The translations under genes and the position numbers were made by a program. DNA of 64,000 nt from the human T2T-CHM13v2.0 reference genome, Homo sapiens. Where the stretch lies: assembly GCF_009914755.1 (NCBI RefSeq), contig NC_060928.1; one strand, given 5' to 3'. The notes below the pieces were generated by a model. It ran no database searches. It was given only the letters and a program-made list of their open reading frames with translations, and was not told where the DNA came from. Of this stretch, positions 38,005 through 54,085 are shown piece by piece. Position 1 is the first letter of the stretch. Each line of letters begins with the position of its first letter.

Positions 38005-38369
38005 TGATATGATTTGGCTGTGTTCCCACCCATATCTTATCTTGAATTGGTAGCCCTCATAATCCCCACGTGTCTTGGGAGCGACCTGGTGGGAGATAAT
38101 TAAATCATGGGAGCAGGTTTTTCCTGTGCTGTCCTCATGACAGTGAGTGAGTCTCATGAGATCTGATGGTTTTATAAAGGGCAGTTCCCCTATGTAAACT
38201 CTCTTGCCTGCCACCATGTTAGACATGGCTTTTCTCCTCCTCCACCTTCTGCCATAATTGTGAGGCCTTCCCAGCCATGTGGAATTGTGAGTTCATTAAA
38301 CCTATTTTTCTTTATAAATGACCCAGTCTTGGGTATTTCTTCATAGCAGCATGAAAATTTATTAATACA
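38005..38369 (+). mobile_element. THE1C-like MaLR solo LTR
   Basis: tgatatgatttggctgtg...attaataca; TSD GCATT at 38000-38004 and 38370-38374. Confidence 0.9.
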
Positions 38370-38489
38370 GCATTTAAATGAAATCATTGAAAAATAAAAA
38401 TAATAAAATTATAATATCAAAACAGCTATAACAGGGCAGGGAAAGAAAGGAAGGTCAGTGTCCTAATCCAAGTTGCTATCCATGGTACT

Positions 38490-38740
38490 TAACATTTAAT
38501 AAGAATTCATTATGTGCCAAGCATGACACAAAATGTTTATTTTTTGTTTTATTTAATACAGATAATAACCTTAAGATATAAGTACTGTTATGCACCCCTT
38601 TATTAAAAAATGAAAGCTGAGGATTAAAACAGCTACATAACTTCATCAAGATCAGTCAAGCAACTGAGTAAGAATTCAAACCCAGGTGGGCTGGGTTCTC
38701 CGATTGGACCCTTAACTACTGGGGCATATTGCCTCTTATA
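38490..38740 (-). mobile_element. MIR
   Basis: tatgtgccaagc..aaatgaaagctgagg..gaattcaaacccaggt. Confidence 0.55.
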
Positions 38741-38824
38741 CTTAATAAGCAAAGATAAGTTCTGTGAATGGATGGGAAGGAGAATCTTCAGGTAGCAATC
38801 ATTCATCAATTTTAGCTCAGACAC

Positions 38825-39262
38825 AGTAATAGTTAATTTGATGTGTCAACTTTACTAAGCGATGCCCAGATACCTGGTAAACATTATTTTGGGGTGTGTC
38901 TTTGGAAAAGATAAGCACTTGAATCGGGAGTCTGAGTAAAGGAGGTCATCCTCACCAGCGAGGGTGGGCATCAGCCAATCTATTGAGGGCCCAGATAGAA
39001 AGCTGAAAGAAAGGTAAATTCACTCTGTCTTCTGGAGCTAGAAATCCATTTTCTCTCGCCTTCCGACAACAGAACTCCTGGTTCTCAGGCCTTTGCACTG
39101 AGGCTAAATTTTATCACTGGCTTTTCTGATTCTTCAACTTACAAATGACATGGGACTTCTTTGCCTCCATAATTATGTGAGTCATTTCCCAAAACAAATC
39201 CCTTTTATATATCTATGTATATCCTATAGGTTCTGTTTATCTGGAGAAATCTGACTCATACA
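38825..39262 (+). mobile_element. MLT2-type ERVL LTR
   Basis: gttaatttgatgtgtcaactt..gatgcccagata.ctggtaaacattatt...atatcctataggttctgtttatctggagaaatctgactcataca. Confidence 0.85.
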
Positions 39263-40799
39263 GGCACTAAGAAACCCTTGTCATCTTCACCTTCTGTCCC
39301 AAGGCTCACTGTGTTCCTACAGAGATGTTTTGTTTCCTCTTTGACACTAACAAAGCTACACACTTGGAATAATAGGTTGAACTTTGTGCATTGAAAGAAC
39401 CCAACAAGCAGCTCCAGGAATAACAGCGCAGGTGAGTAGAAAGACTGATTCATAATGAAAAAGTATAACAGCAATGAGTTTCATATGCGTTGCAAATCTT
39501 GGCCAAGTGACAAGAATAAGAAAAGACTGTAATCTGTGCATATTTAAAAGTCTAAAAAAGAAGAATGAGTGGAATGCATAACACTAATTCCTTTTTTCGC
39601 TCTTTACTTTTTTATTTTTAAGTTCCATTTTGGGATCTGGGATAAATCCAGGAAAGAGACCACGGAGGGACTTAAATTTGAAAATGCCTTCAGATATTTA
39701 GGGTCAGATCCAGAGCTAAGATTTGGCGAGACTCCCACGGAGAAAAAGAATAATGATTAAAAGGCTGGGAAAATATCCCTCAGTTTCCTTTTAAGGATTT
39801 TGTCATGTTCAAACTGGATAAAGAAGGCTAAGTCCCAAGTCAATAGCAGGCTTATGTATACAGTATATTGTTGTCACGGTTCAGAAAAGGAGACTGGCTA
39901 AGACATCCTTAAAGTTATTCTATTCCCACTGAGGGAGCAGCCTTAAGTGACAGAAAGTGAGATTGAGTGTAATACCTAGTTTGAGTAAACCAATATGAAT
40001 TCATTACTATGGGAATCAGGGAAATTTTAAGACAAATGTTTCTCATGAGTGTATCTGGGAAAAAAGGAATGAAAAACCTCTAGCAAATAGATCAACAGAC
40101 TTAAGGGTCTACCTAATATTTGACATCATATTATTTATTCAAGGATAATAATTATCTTTTTGTTGAGATTGAATTTTTTCACAGTGAACTGGGAAATACA
40201 TAAGAGATCTCAGTGCATAATAGGCCAAGCAATACTCTCAGCTCTCCAACAGCAGTTGTTTTGTTTTCTGAGACTGCCATTATCAAATTGGTTGCTTGTC
40301 AGCTCGTGTGCAAATTAAAACTACACTTGAAATTAAAGGTTTGGAGGTTGAGAGACAGTTTTGCTGCCAACTTTCTATGCACAGGGGATTGTATTATTTG
40401 TTCAAAATATTTACTTGTCTCTACCTCATCCACTCATTCAAGACCTCCTTGGTGCTGCTCCTATAGAAAAACAAAAATTCCACCATATTAATGCCTAGTC
40501 GGCCATGTGACTCACTTGGTCAATGAAACATGACATCCAAATGAACACAATCTTTTAAAATCACTATTCATTTCCACACTTTTTCTTTTCTCTTTGTTGC
40601 AAAAAAAAAAAGGACTCATAACTACAAGTTCTTTCTTCAGTCTGGATCAAAGAATGAAGAAGGAATGTTGACCACAGCCACAATTAACCAATAAATATTT
40701 TGAACAAGGAACAAACTTTGGTGTTTCTAATCCCTGAGATTTTGTGACCTTAAATTTCTCAATGTCTCTGAACTTAGTCTATACATAGCCTCTGAGCGG

Positions 40800-41985
40800 G
40801 AAATATATATGTGTGTGTGTACATATGTTTCACAGAAGCTATATATATATATATATATGTATTTCAAATACATATATTTGAATACATATATTTGATGCTG
40901 TATATATTATATACATATGTGTATATATAATATATACGTGTTTATAATATGTATACGTGTGTATATATTATATATACACATATGTATATATGTGTATATA
41001 CTATATATACAATATATATACAATATATAGTATATATACTATATATACAATATATATACAATATATAGTATATATACTATATATACAATATATATACAAT
41101 ATATAGTATATATACTATATATACAATATATATACAATATATAGTATATATACTATATATACAATATATAGTATATATACTATATATACAATATATAGTA
41201 TATATACTATATATACAATATATAGTATATATACTATATATACAATATATAGTATATATACTATATATACAATATATAGTATATATACTATATATACAAT
41301 ATATAGTATATATACTATATATACAATATATATACAATATATAGTAGATATACTGTATATACAGTATATCTACAATATATAGTAGATATACTGTATATAC
41401 AGTATATCTACTATATATTGTATATATACTGTATATACAGTATATCTACTATATATTGTAGATATACTGTATATACAGTATATCTACTATATATAGTAGA
41501 TATACTATATATACAATATATCTACTATATATAGTATATATACTATATATACAATATATATACTATATATATACTATATATACTATATATACTATATATA
41601 TACTATATATACTATATATATACTATATATACGATATATATACCATATATACTATATATACAATATATATACTATATATAGTATATACATGTGTATATAT
41701 ATTATATATACATGTGTGTATATATAATATACATATATGTGTGTATATAATATATACATATGTGTGCATACATAATATATATATGTGTGTATATACACAT
41801 ACACACATATGTGCCCATATATGTATATATGTATACACAGATACATATATGTATACACATATACACATACATATACAAATGGAATAAAGTTATAAAGCAC
41901 ATATATGTATAGCTGCATTTATATATGCACACATATACTTATGTGTACCTATATGTGTATATGTGTGTGTATGTATATATGTCTG
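40800..41985. repeat. TA-rich minisatellite / (TA)n-(CATATA)n low-complexity tract
   Basis: Tandem ~28-38 bp units such as atatactatatatacaatatatagtat, with palindromic 30-mers at 41344-41487. Confidence 0.95.
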
Positions 41986-42189
41986 TGAAAGGCTGAATTG
42001 TATAAAAAGCTAAGTACTTACAGTTTAACAAACAAAAAAATACTAGATAGAAACATAGCTAAAATGTTGAATATCTTCTAACTTCCAAAATATTACCCTG
42101 AACATCTTTTAAAGTTGTCATAATTTCTTAATATCATCATGAATATTTATTGATGAATTTTACTCTAATAATAGCAGATGTCTATCTCT

Positions 42190-42375
42190 GTATTTGAATC
42201 CAAGCTCCAGCACTTACCGGCCATATGTATATGACCTTGAACAACTTACCTTATCTCGGTGTCTGGATTTGTGAATCTGTAAAACGGGCTAATATTTTAC
42301 GCTGTTGAGTATTAAATTAATCAACATATCTAGTTCTTAGTTACTGACACACAAAAAGTGTTAGCTATTATTACC
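42190..42375 (+). mobile_element. MIR
   Basis: ttgaatccaagctccagcactta..tgaccttgaacaacttacctt..tctgtaaaacggg. Confidence 0.65.
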
Positions 42376-42738
42376 ACAATAATTACCATGAGGCAGTCTT
42401 CTTTCGCAGAAGACAATTACCTCTGTACTATGCCATCCTAGTGTTTTTGTTTTTATAGCGAGGTCTCGCCTAACACTTTTTCACAGTCAGTGTAACTACT
42501 TCTAGTACCTCCTCTTCAATGTCAAAACTTGAAGGCTTTTTCATGTTTGCATGCTACCTCCTTGTTTTAGAGGAATTTTTAGCTAAAATTAGAAAAGAAG
42601 CCATTTTGGGGGGAAGGGGAAATAAGTAGATCCAAATATGTATTACTTTGTTTTTACTGGGTCAGTGAGAGAAAACTCAGAAGTCTTAAAGGCAATTCAG
42701 AAGCATTTTAACAAAATATCTGTTTTCACCAAAATAGC

Positions 42739-43120
42739 GGATATGATTTGGTTCTGTGTCCCCACCCAAATCTCACCTCGAATTGTAATCCCCACTTGTC
42801 AGGGGAGGGACCTGTAATCCCTACTTGTCAAGGGAAGGAAGTGATTGGATCATGGAGGCGGTTTCTCCAGGCTGTTCTCATGATAGTGAGTGAGTTCTCA
42901 TGAGATCTGATGGTTTTATAACTGTTTGGAAGTTCCTCCTTGATTCTCTCTCTCTCTTGCAACCTTGTGAAGAAGATGCTTGCTTCCCCTTCTACCATGA
43001 TTCTAAGTTTTCTGAGGCTTCCCCAGCCATACAGAACTATGAGTCAATTAAATCTCTTTCCTTCATAAATTACCCAGTCTCTGAGAATTCTTTATAGCAG
43101 TGAAAAAACGGACTAATACA
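42739..43120 (+). mobile_element. THE1D-like MaLR solo LTR
   Basis: gatatgatttggttctgtgtccccacccaaatctca...cggactaataca. Confidence 0.88.
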
Positions 43121-43675
43121 ATAACATTAAACAACAACTAGATCACAGATTTGACTGATTCTTTGGCCCTCAGCTCATGAGATTTTTCTTCTTAAACAAT
43201 GTTAATGATTTTAGCAGAATTTCTGTTCCACATATATTGAGAATTTGGGGGTGGGGGTTCTGGGGAGTTTATTATCCAAAGTCAAGTGCAATGTACAACA
43301 CCCAGTCATCACTTCTAATTATTGAAATGACCACTTCTCCTCTCGCTACTTTATTCCTGAGATGACCAAAGTGATGAAATTCAATTATGGTTACTCCTTT
43401 CTCATTTAGAACACAGATATTTGGGCTTTTGATAGACTCTACCAGAGATGCTACAAACCAAAGCAAGCAAAACTTTTCAAGGTACAGTATGCTATATAAA
43501 CATAGCCTTCTATTATTTTTAAAAAATCTCAAGTGAGTGAAATGGACCTTCCTTTTGTTATAGAATGCACAGCTCAAGAGGAGCTCCCATGTGCATTTGG
43601 TCACAGATGAGGGAGGAAATGTGTTTTTATTTTTTAGAGACAAAGTCTTCCTTTGTTACCCAGGCTGGAGGGTAG

Positions 43676-44087
<412 letters not shown>

Positions 44088-44177
44088 CATCTAATTTTTT
44101 TCCAGAATTTTCTGTAGAGACAGGGTCTGACTATGTTGCCCCATCTGGTCTCAAACTCCCACTCTCATGTGATTCTC

Positions 44178-44521
44178 ACACTGAGCCACAAAGGTGGGAA
44201 GGGCTTCCTGGCAAAACTCCAGCTGGCCTGTGCACTGGGAAGAATGAACATTGGGGTGGAGCCACAGAACTTCACACTGTTTGCAGCTGGGAGGAGTCTG
44301 GCCCCTCTTCTTCCTGTGTGGAATCTGAGATTCAACCTGCTACGTGGGAAGGGCACCAGCAGGGACTCTGGCTTTGTGGAGGGTCTCTGCTTCCCCTTTT
44401 CTTCTTTTTTACCCAATGAAACCTTGCCTTATTCAACCTTCAAATTGTCTGCAAGCCTACATTTTCACAGCTGTGTGATAAGGACCTGTCTATATATGAA
44501 CTAAGGAAAAGCCCTATAACA
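44178..44521 (+). mobile_element. ERV1 LTR 3' portion (LTR27/LTR28/MER61-like)
   Basis: ...accttcaaattgtctgcaagccta..tgtgtgataaggacc..gaactaaggaaaagccctataaca 3' terminus; subfamily uncertain. Confidence 0.6.
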
Positions 44522-44719
44522 CCACCTCTGCCTCCCAATGTGCTGGGATGGGATTACAGGTTTGAGCCACTGCACTTGGTGGGAAAATGTATAAGAGCCC
44601 AAGAAGCAGAATTATCCAAATATCTTCTGGCATTCACTATGAATAAGAACAATGAAAGATTATCAATTTACACCAAAATGATTACATTAAAATGTCAATC
44701 TTATAAACAATATTAATCA

Positions 44720-45105
44720 TGTTACTCAGAAAAAAAAAGCAGTTTTTACTGCCATAATCCCCAAATCTCAGTGACTTAAAGTAATAAAAAGTGTGTTTAT
44801 TCTTCACAAGCCATTGCAGGTTGGCAGGGATGGGAGTTTACTCTGTATCTGACTTAATCAGAGTTCAGGCTTGGATATGGTCTCACCAATTTGGAAGATC
44901 ACATGGCTCCGTATCACAGGGAAAGGCAATATGGAGAATCACATACTAGCTCTTAAATTATTCTGCCCAGAGGAGACACATGCACTTCCTTGACGTAAAT
45001 AAGTATCCTGGTCATGTCTAAACTGGACTGCATGGGCGAACTAAAATCTGGCCCTATGCCCAGAGGAAGAAAACTGGAAATACTGGAGAACAGAACTAGA
45101 GTCCA
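44720..45105 (-). mobile_element. MLT1I/J-type MaLR LTR
   Basis: ccccaaatctcagtgacttaaa...gctcttaaa..tctgcccaga..gacaca..cacttcc. Confidence 0.6.
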
Positions 45106-46185
45106 AAATACTGAAAGGGTGTTACCTAATTGTTTAAGGTTAGCAAGACAACTTTTCTCAGTGTAAAACTCATGTGGTTCATGACAATGTTCCATTTGGG
45201 CTGTAGATTGTTCTGTTGGCTCTCCATTTGTTTACTGATAATTAATTAATTAATTTTTTAAAGTAATTCCCTCTTTGATTCAAATTCTATGGGAGGCATT
45301 ACAGATTTAAATACAAACTTTCCACCCTCAATTTGCTCAATATTTTAGATAAGCTCGGGGTTCTCTGTAAAAACAAAACATAACCAACTCATTCTGGGAG
45401 AAAAGGTCATCTGGGCAGACATTCTGAGTGGGGTAACAAGAGTAACCGTTTATAATGAGTAGGTGTTACAAAAGGCACCTGGGTGGAAAGTGGCCGAAGC
45501 ATCTATATTCCAGACTGGAAAAGAATGCATTCCAGGTGTTTATGGCAGGCAGTTTCTTGGGAATTAAATAAATTAAAATTTAATGTAAACTCAAGTGATT
45601 AAAAAATAATACCTTTTGTCTCAAAAAAAAAAACCAAAAAAAAAATTGAAAATTTGCAAACCTATATTTGTTATTTTAGAGGTTGGAGATCTGAGTTTGT
45701 TACAAATATGCACATGGAAGTGGAGGAATGGTCAACATTCATCACTGAACTATGTATCTGAAGGAACAGTGAATGGTGTCTTGCAAAAGATTTTGATATG
45801 CACAGAGGTTTCACCAAAGAATGTGAAGCAAATCCACCTAGAGAACTCAGAGCTTGCCCTGAGGCCTTAAAAGAACTTTCTTCTCTTTTCAATACTCCTG
45901 GCTTTCCCTGCAACCACTGTCAGAATTTTGAAAAGCCAGACTGCACTTGCAGGAAAAAACAAAAATACAGATGGTTGAGAACCTTAGGAAGTCAATTTGA
46001 TAAGGCTTTATTCATTTAAATAATTAGGATTTTATGTTATAATCATCTGAATATGGGTCCATCTCCTTTTTACCTGCAGGACCATGCCTCCCTTCAAATA
46101 ATGGGTGAGTACTCCAGAGTGCTAATAAATGCAAATGCATCTTTTCCCCACTGAGGACATGCACATTGTTGAAAGTGAGTGGAGA

Positions 46186-48179
<1,994 letters not shown>

Positions 48180-48599
48180 GAATATAGCTTCCAGAGACAT
48201 TCTAATTTTGAACCCAGTCACTATCAAAAAAGATTATTTATCCTTGCTGAACTCTTGCTTTTCAACTCTACAGTGGAATCAATAACAAAATAAGAAATTT
48301 TGAGTATGAAATTAAATTAATCAAAGCAGATTATTTTGCACTGGTAACAATCTCTTCCGTAATACTTTGACATTATCCCTTTCTGAACTTCTATAAATGG
48401 AATAGCTTGTTCCACCCAATTTAACACAGCTTTATATCCATTCAGTGGCAAGCTCTCTAACAAAAAATTGCATGGTGTTTTACAATTGATCAAATCTTCT
48501 ATGTATTTTTTCATTTTATGACTTTAACCCTTAACAGTCTCTATGAATGAGCCATTATCTCCAACACCTTTATTCACACTTGCACAAATGCGCCAAGTT

Positions 48600-48830
48600 T
48601 AGAGTGCTGTTAAGTGACAGAGTTGGATTAATCGGAAAATCTGGAATTCAGCTCACATTCTGACACATGCTTGGCTGTCTGATCATAGAAAAACCACTGG
48701 CTTCTCAGTTACAGTTTTCTTATATGTAAAATGGACATAATTATGATTTAACCATCCCATACAATTATAAGAGGATTAAACAATGCAATATAAGATATAA
48801 AGCAATTTCTCAATGCATGATGCTTCTTGT
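48600..48830 (+). mobile_element. MIR
   Basis: cagttttcttatatgtaaaatggacataat..gaggattaaa. Confidence 0.55.
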
Positions 48831-49542
48831 CTGTAATTTTACTTTGTGCTCCACAGTCTACTGTAAAGTCTGTTATTCTTTTTATACTACTCTCTGTTCA
48901 ATCCACTTTGATCATCCTAGGAAAGGAATGTAAAAAGCTATATTAAGAAAATAAATACATATGTGTTATATATATTTAATATAGTTCTATAAAGATATAT
49001 GTATATAAATAATAGTATTCATATTAGTATCAGCACAATATTCACATTATAAATTGCAATGATTATAAAATATATCCATTATACAGATTATATATAACAA
49101 TTTCAATGATAAATATATCATTCATATTGAATATAAACATTTTTATATATTAATTACATGATATGCACAATGCACAATATGTTCCTATATTTTGTATGTG
49201 TGACAGGGAATTTTGGCAGGATTAAATTTGAACTGGGCATAGGTTGTATATGCAGAAAACTAAACATGATGCCTGTACTAAGATTAGAGTTAAATATACC
49301 TGAAGAGAGGGCATGAAAGCATCCCTTATCTCCACTCTCAGGAGCTTATACACACACAATGAACAATACCAGCCACAAGTATCTGTTGTAAATTAATATT
49401 TACCTGAACACAAAGAGGCTTCCAAGGATAAAGGGGACCAATGTCCAGAGCCTTTCCTGATCAAATGATTGCTAATTTTGGCAACCAGTCCAGCTGAGGC
49501 CTCTGCTGTCCAGGTTTCAGATAATGTTGACTGAGAGTGCTT

Positions 49543-50018
49543 TTGGTAGGTAGAAGAAGGAGCATGAAAAGATGTCCATATCCTAATCCCTAAACCTATA
49601 CATATGTTCATTTACATGGAAAAGGAGACTTGGAAGATGTGATAAAGTTAAGAATCCTGAGATGATCCAGAGGGGATGATCCTAAATTATTTACATGTAT
49701 CCACTGAGATGACTAGGGTCCTTACAAGTGAAAGAGGGAAGCAGAAGAGGCAGAGGCAGATTAAGAAGTGACGACAGCACCAGAAGTCCAAGAGATGTAG
49801 CCTCAAGTCAAGGAATGTGGGCCACTCCTAGAAGTTAGAAAATCAAGGAATAGATTATCCTCTAGAGGATCCAGACCACAGCTCTGTTAATATTTTATTT
49901 TTATCCTGCATGACCTATTTCAGACTTCTGACCTCCAAAATTGTGAGATACTAAATGCATGTTGTTTTAAGCCACTGTTTGTGGCAATGTGTCACTGCAG
50001 CAATAGGGAAGTAATACA
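49543..50018 (+). mobile_element. MLT1D MaLR LTR
   Basis: aaagatgtccatatcctaatccct..acatggaaaaggagactt..gttgttttaagccac..gcagcaatagggaagtaataca. Confidence 0.85.
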
Positions 50019-50599
50019 GTGCTGTTTCCAGCCTGCAGAAATGCCTCTTGGCCAGTTTCATTGTCACAGGAGTTGTACTAACATGCTTCCCCTATATGCT
50101 AGTTTGAAGCAAAATGCATCAAAACTTTCCTGGCCTTTTGTAACCTAGGACACTGTTGTCCTTTGCTTCTGATGTTTTGCACATTGTGCACGTTCACATT
50201 TCACTGTTTCTGATTTCACTCCTAGCTCAGTGTCTTTGAGTCTTAGCATAAATCAAACGGGAAAATGAACCAGAGACAATGGGCATACCAGACTCCATGC
50301 TATACGTATAATCAGCCTCTCTTCTCCTATCCCACTTGGGACCAGAGACCTGTATATCTTGTACACAATAGTATTACCAATACACACCACAGTGTCTGAC
50401 TTATGGTGAAATTTAATGCAGATTTATTGACTGACAGCCCAACCTTGGGCCAGCCTCATGCAGATATAGGCCTTCTTTGGGCTCCTTCTAGCTCTACCCC
50501 AGTGCTTGCTTTATGCCTCACACACTACCCCTCCCTGCTACTCTTTCAGAAGGCATAGAATGTGAGCCCTTTTTTCACCAGCCCTCATATGTGTTCAAG

Positions 50600-51047
50600 G
50601 TGATCAGATTCTAGAATAAATGTTGTTGTGAAGTCTTAGACCCAGGGGCCTGTGAAGGTAAGCTTTTTGGAAATAGAATTTTTACAGATGTAATTAATTC
50701 AAGATGAGGTCATATTGAATTCAGGTACAACCTAATCCAATACTTGATGTCCTTATTAGAAGAGAAAAATGTGGACACAGACACAAACAAAAGGAATACA
50801 ACCATGTGTAAGCAGAGGCTGAGTTTTAAATTACACTGTCTTGAGCCAAGGAATGCTAGGGATGGCCGGTGGCCACCAGAAGCTAGGAGAGCAACCTGGA
50901 AGAATTTTTCCCTCAGAGCCTCTGGAAAAGCCCAAGCCTGCTTGATTTAGATTTCTGGCCTCCTTTAACAGGAGAGAATGAGCATCTATTGTTTTAGGCC
51001 ACCCAATTTGTGATAATTTGTTACAGCAACCTCAGGAAACTAATACA
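50600..51047 (+). mobile_element. MLT1B/C MaLR LTR
   Basis: ttggaaatag..acagatgtaatt..aagatgaggtcata..gccaaggaatgc..caccagaagctagg..ggaaactaataca. Confidence 0.8.
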
Positions 51048-52201
51048 TACAGTTAGACTAATGCTAGGATCTTTGCTACTTGTGCATAACTTTATATCCA
51101 ATCATCCATATGCATGTAATATATTACATCAATCCACATGCACAAAGCCACTCCACTTTTGTGTTGATTTGGGCTGACAAAGATGGATCTATTTTTGCCA
51201 TCCCAGTAGGAGGGGAACACTCTGCACATTCCTCTGCCTGGCAGGGTCCTCACTGGGCTAACCTGCACTCATTGACATCCTCTGCTTATAAAGTGAATGT
51301 TAATGTGTCAGCACAGCAGTGTTCCTGTTAACTACTGATTTGTTTTCTCATTTGCGTAAACACAAACGGAACTCTCTGTGATGCTAGGGAAAGAAACCCT
51401 CATCAGGGAGTTTTATAGGTTGCATAAGTGTTTCTGACACCTGGGCTTCATTGTAGATACATAATCCAATGTCTGAGCTGCCCATTTTCTTTTGTAAACT
51501 AAAAGTTCAAAAATTTTACCACATGATGTTTGCTAAATCCTTCAGGGAACTAGACATAGTGCGTTAAAAATAAAACCAGGTAACCCCAACTCAGGGGTCC
51601 AACACACACTGTGGCCTTATTCTGATTAAAACAGCAGGATGTGCTGTGATTACACAATCTGAACAGTGAGAGTATATTCTGGAATAATCCTAAACTACCT
51701 CAAAGTCTCAAAACCAAGTAGTAATCATGGCAGTGCCCAACCCCCAGGCTGCTGTGTGAGGTGTATTTCAGAAGACTTCCTCTTTGTAACAACTATCTGT
51801 CAGCCCAGGGGCCATTTTCTCCCGTGCTCTTAATTGTATTCAGAGAATAGTGAGATTGTCAAATAATAGGATTCCAATCAGATGAACAATGATTAGAATC
51901 AAATAAGGTAGAGGTCTTGGAAAAATAGGGAAGGCAACATTTCTCCAAATTGAAATAACATTTCCTAGACTATGGAGACTCTAGAAAAAGCCTAATATCC
52001 TATATTTGTAGATCATCAATTCAACTTCTAATCCTCTGCAATCATTCATTCAAAATTATATTTAAATACTCTAACGCACTATGAGTAAGAGAGGCCAGAT
52101 ATAACTAAAATGTATGAAATGCTGTCTTTCTATTCAAGGTAATGATTGTCAAAGGCCAAAGCTTTAATTTTACAAGGACTGTCTTGGAGTTTAAGAAATA
52201 A

Positions 52202-52878
52202 TGTCTTAGTCTGTTTGCACTTCTGTAACACGTTACTACAAAGCGGTTAATTTATAGACGATAAGCTTTTTTTTTTTTTTTTTTTTTTTTACTGTTCTAG
52301 AGGCTGAGAAGTTTAAAGATGAAGTCACCAGCAGATTCAATGCCTGTGGAGGTCCTGTTTCCTAGCACCTTCTTACTATGTCACTAACACGGTAGAAAGG
52401 GTTAGGGAGCTCTCTGTGATCTCTTTGATAAGGTCACTGATATGGTTTAGCTGTGTCCCCACCCAAATCTCATCTTGAATTGTAACTCCCACCATTCCTA
52501 TATATCATGGGAGGAACCCAGTGGGAGGTGATTGAATTATGGGGGAGGGTTTTTCCTGCACTGTTCTCTTGATAGTGAATGAGTCTCACAAGATCTGATG
52601 GTTGTAAACACAGGAGTTTCCTTGCACAAGCTCTCTCTGCCTGCTGCCATCCATATAAGATGTGACTTGCTCTTCCTTGCCTTCCACCATGATAGTGAGT
52701 AAGTCCATTAAACCTCTTTGTTTTGTAAATTGCCCAGTCTTGAGTACGTCTTTATCAGCAGTGTGAAAACAGACTAATACAGGCACTAATCCCAATTGGG
52801 AAGACTCCACCATCATAACCTAATACCTTCCCAAAACCCTACCTCCTAATACTATCACCTTGAGGGTTAGGATTTACA
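52202..52878 (-). mobile_element. MLT1A0/MSTD-type LTR split by THE1B
   Basis: tgtcttagtctgttt..gttctagaggctgagaagt..ataagg|cactaatccc..cctcctaatactatcaccttgagggttaggattt. Confidence 0.78.
52438..52781 (+). mobile_element. THE1B solo LTR (small internal deletion)
   Basis: tgatatggtttagctgtgtccccacccaaatc...cagactaataca; TSD gtcac/ggcac. Confidence 0.88.
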
Positions 52879-53394
52879 GCAATTGGAATCATTTTGAAAT
52901 TGAAATCACCTAATGAATCTAGTATATATTTGTCACAGCTTTTTAAGGGATAGTTCTTTAGTGTCTTCTTGACTACCTTGAAGCACTTAGATGTATTGCT
53001 ACACAGTTCTGAGTGTTAGGCACTCTGTTATTATTTGATGTGATAGAAACCATACTGTGGCTCTCCATGGTCGATTGATGATATTTTTTGCCACAAAACT
53101 TTAAAATTAGATGGAATAATTTTACAGGCAACACAAAAAAGAAGAAAAATAGCTATATCAATGAGCAACAAACATTTCTCTGTACATTCCATAAGAAAGA
53201 TGAGGAAACAATTTTCATCACTCACGGCAGAAAAAAAGTCCATGAACAGTTGCCCCTTAAGTTCCTAAATATTTCTGTTATTTTTAAAGCCTCCCTTTGG
53301 ATATATGGGTACATTTTACCCTTCAGCACAAACCTGCTGTTTGTCTCTTTTATCCTCATTCAACTGCATTCCTTTTCTTGTCTCTTGGATATCA

Positions 53395-53560
53395 TCAAGA
53401 AAGGAAAGAAGGAAGGAAGGGAAAAGGAGAGAAAGAGAGGGATAAAGAAAAATAGAAAAAAAGGAAGAAAGAAAAGAGAAAGGAAGGGAAGGAGAGAGGG
53501 AGGGAATGGGAGAGAGAGAGAGGGAGGGAGAGAGGGATGAAGGAAGGAAGGAAGGAAAAA
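53395..53560. repeat. GA-rich (GGAA/GAGG) simple repeat
   Basis: Polypurine tract. Confidence 0.9.
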
Positions 53561-53569
53561 TTTAAGAAA

Positions 53570-54085
53570 AGAAACCCTTATATTAATTAGTATTCACTTA
53601 CTATTACCCTTCACTCCCAAACTCTTAACTTTGCCCCTGGAAAACAATATTCTATTTTCACTTTCTCTAGATGTGACAATCCCAGAGTCTTCATAGAACT
53701 AGAATCCTATAACATGTAGTGTTTTGTGACTGGCTTTTTTATTGTCACATGATATTCCATTGTATGAATATGCCACATTGTATGTAACCATACATCACTG
53801 ATGGACATTTGAGTTATTTCCACTTGTTGGCTATTGTGAATAATGTTGCTATGAATATTCATATGTAATTTTTTGTAGAAGGTATGTTTTCATTTCTACT
53901 GGGTAGATATATACCTAGGAATGGAACTGCTGGACCTGATGGTAACTCTATGTTTAACATTTTGAGAAACTACTAAACTGTTTTCCAAGCAGCTGCACAA
54001 TTTTACATTCCCACCAGCAGTGCATAAGTGTTCCAATTTCTACACATCTTCATCAACACTTGTCTTTCAATTGACATCTTAGTTA
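53570..54085 (-). mobile_element. Old L1M (L1MB/L1ME-age) 3' fragment
   Basis: gatggacatttgagttatttccac..gctattgtgaataatgttgctatgaa..atacctaggaatggaactgctgg..cattcccaccagcagtg. Confidence 0.8.

Noticed and set aside
41077-41932. Periodic I/Y/C ORFs; regular repeats resembling a CRISPR array
   Set aside because: TA-rich minisatellite with no unique spacers, no cas genes and a eukaryotic context.
42784-42840. Internal ~29-bp duplication in THE1D
   Set aside because: I recall this as a recurrent variant among THE1D copies, so it is probably not locus-specific.
53088-53540. 150-aa ORF
   Set aside because: No recognisable domain; the C-terminus is a GA-rich repeat.
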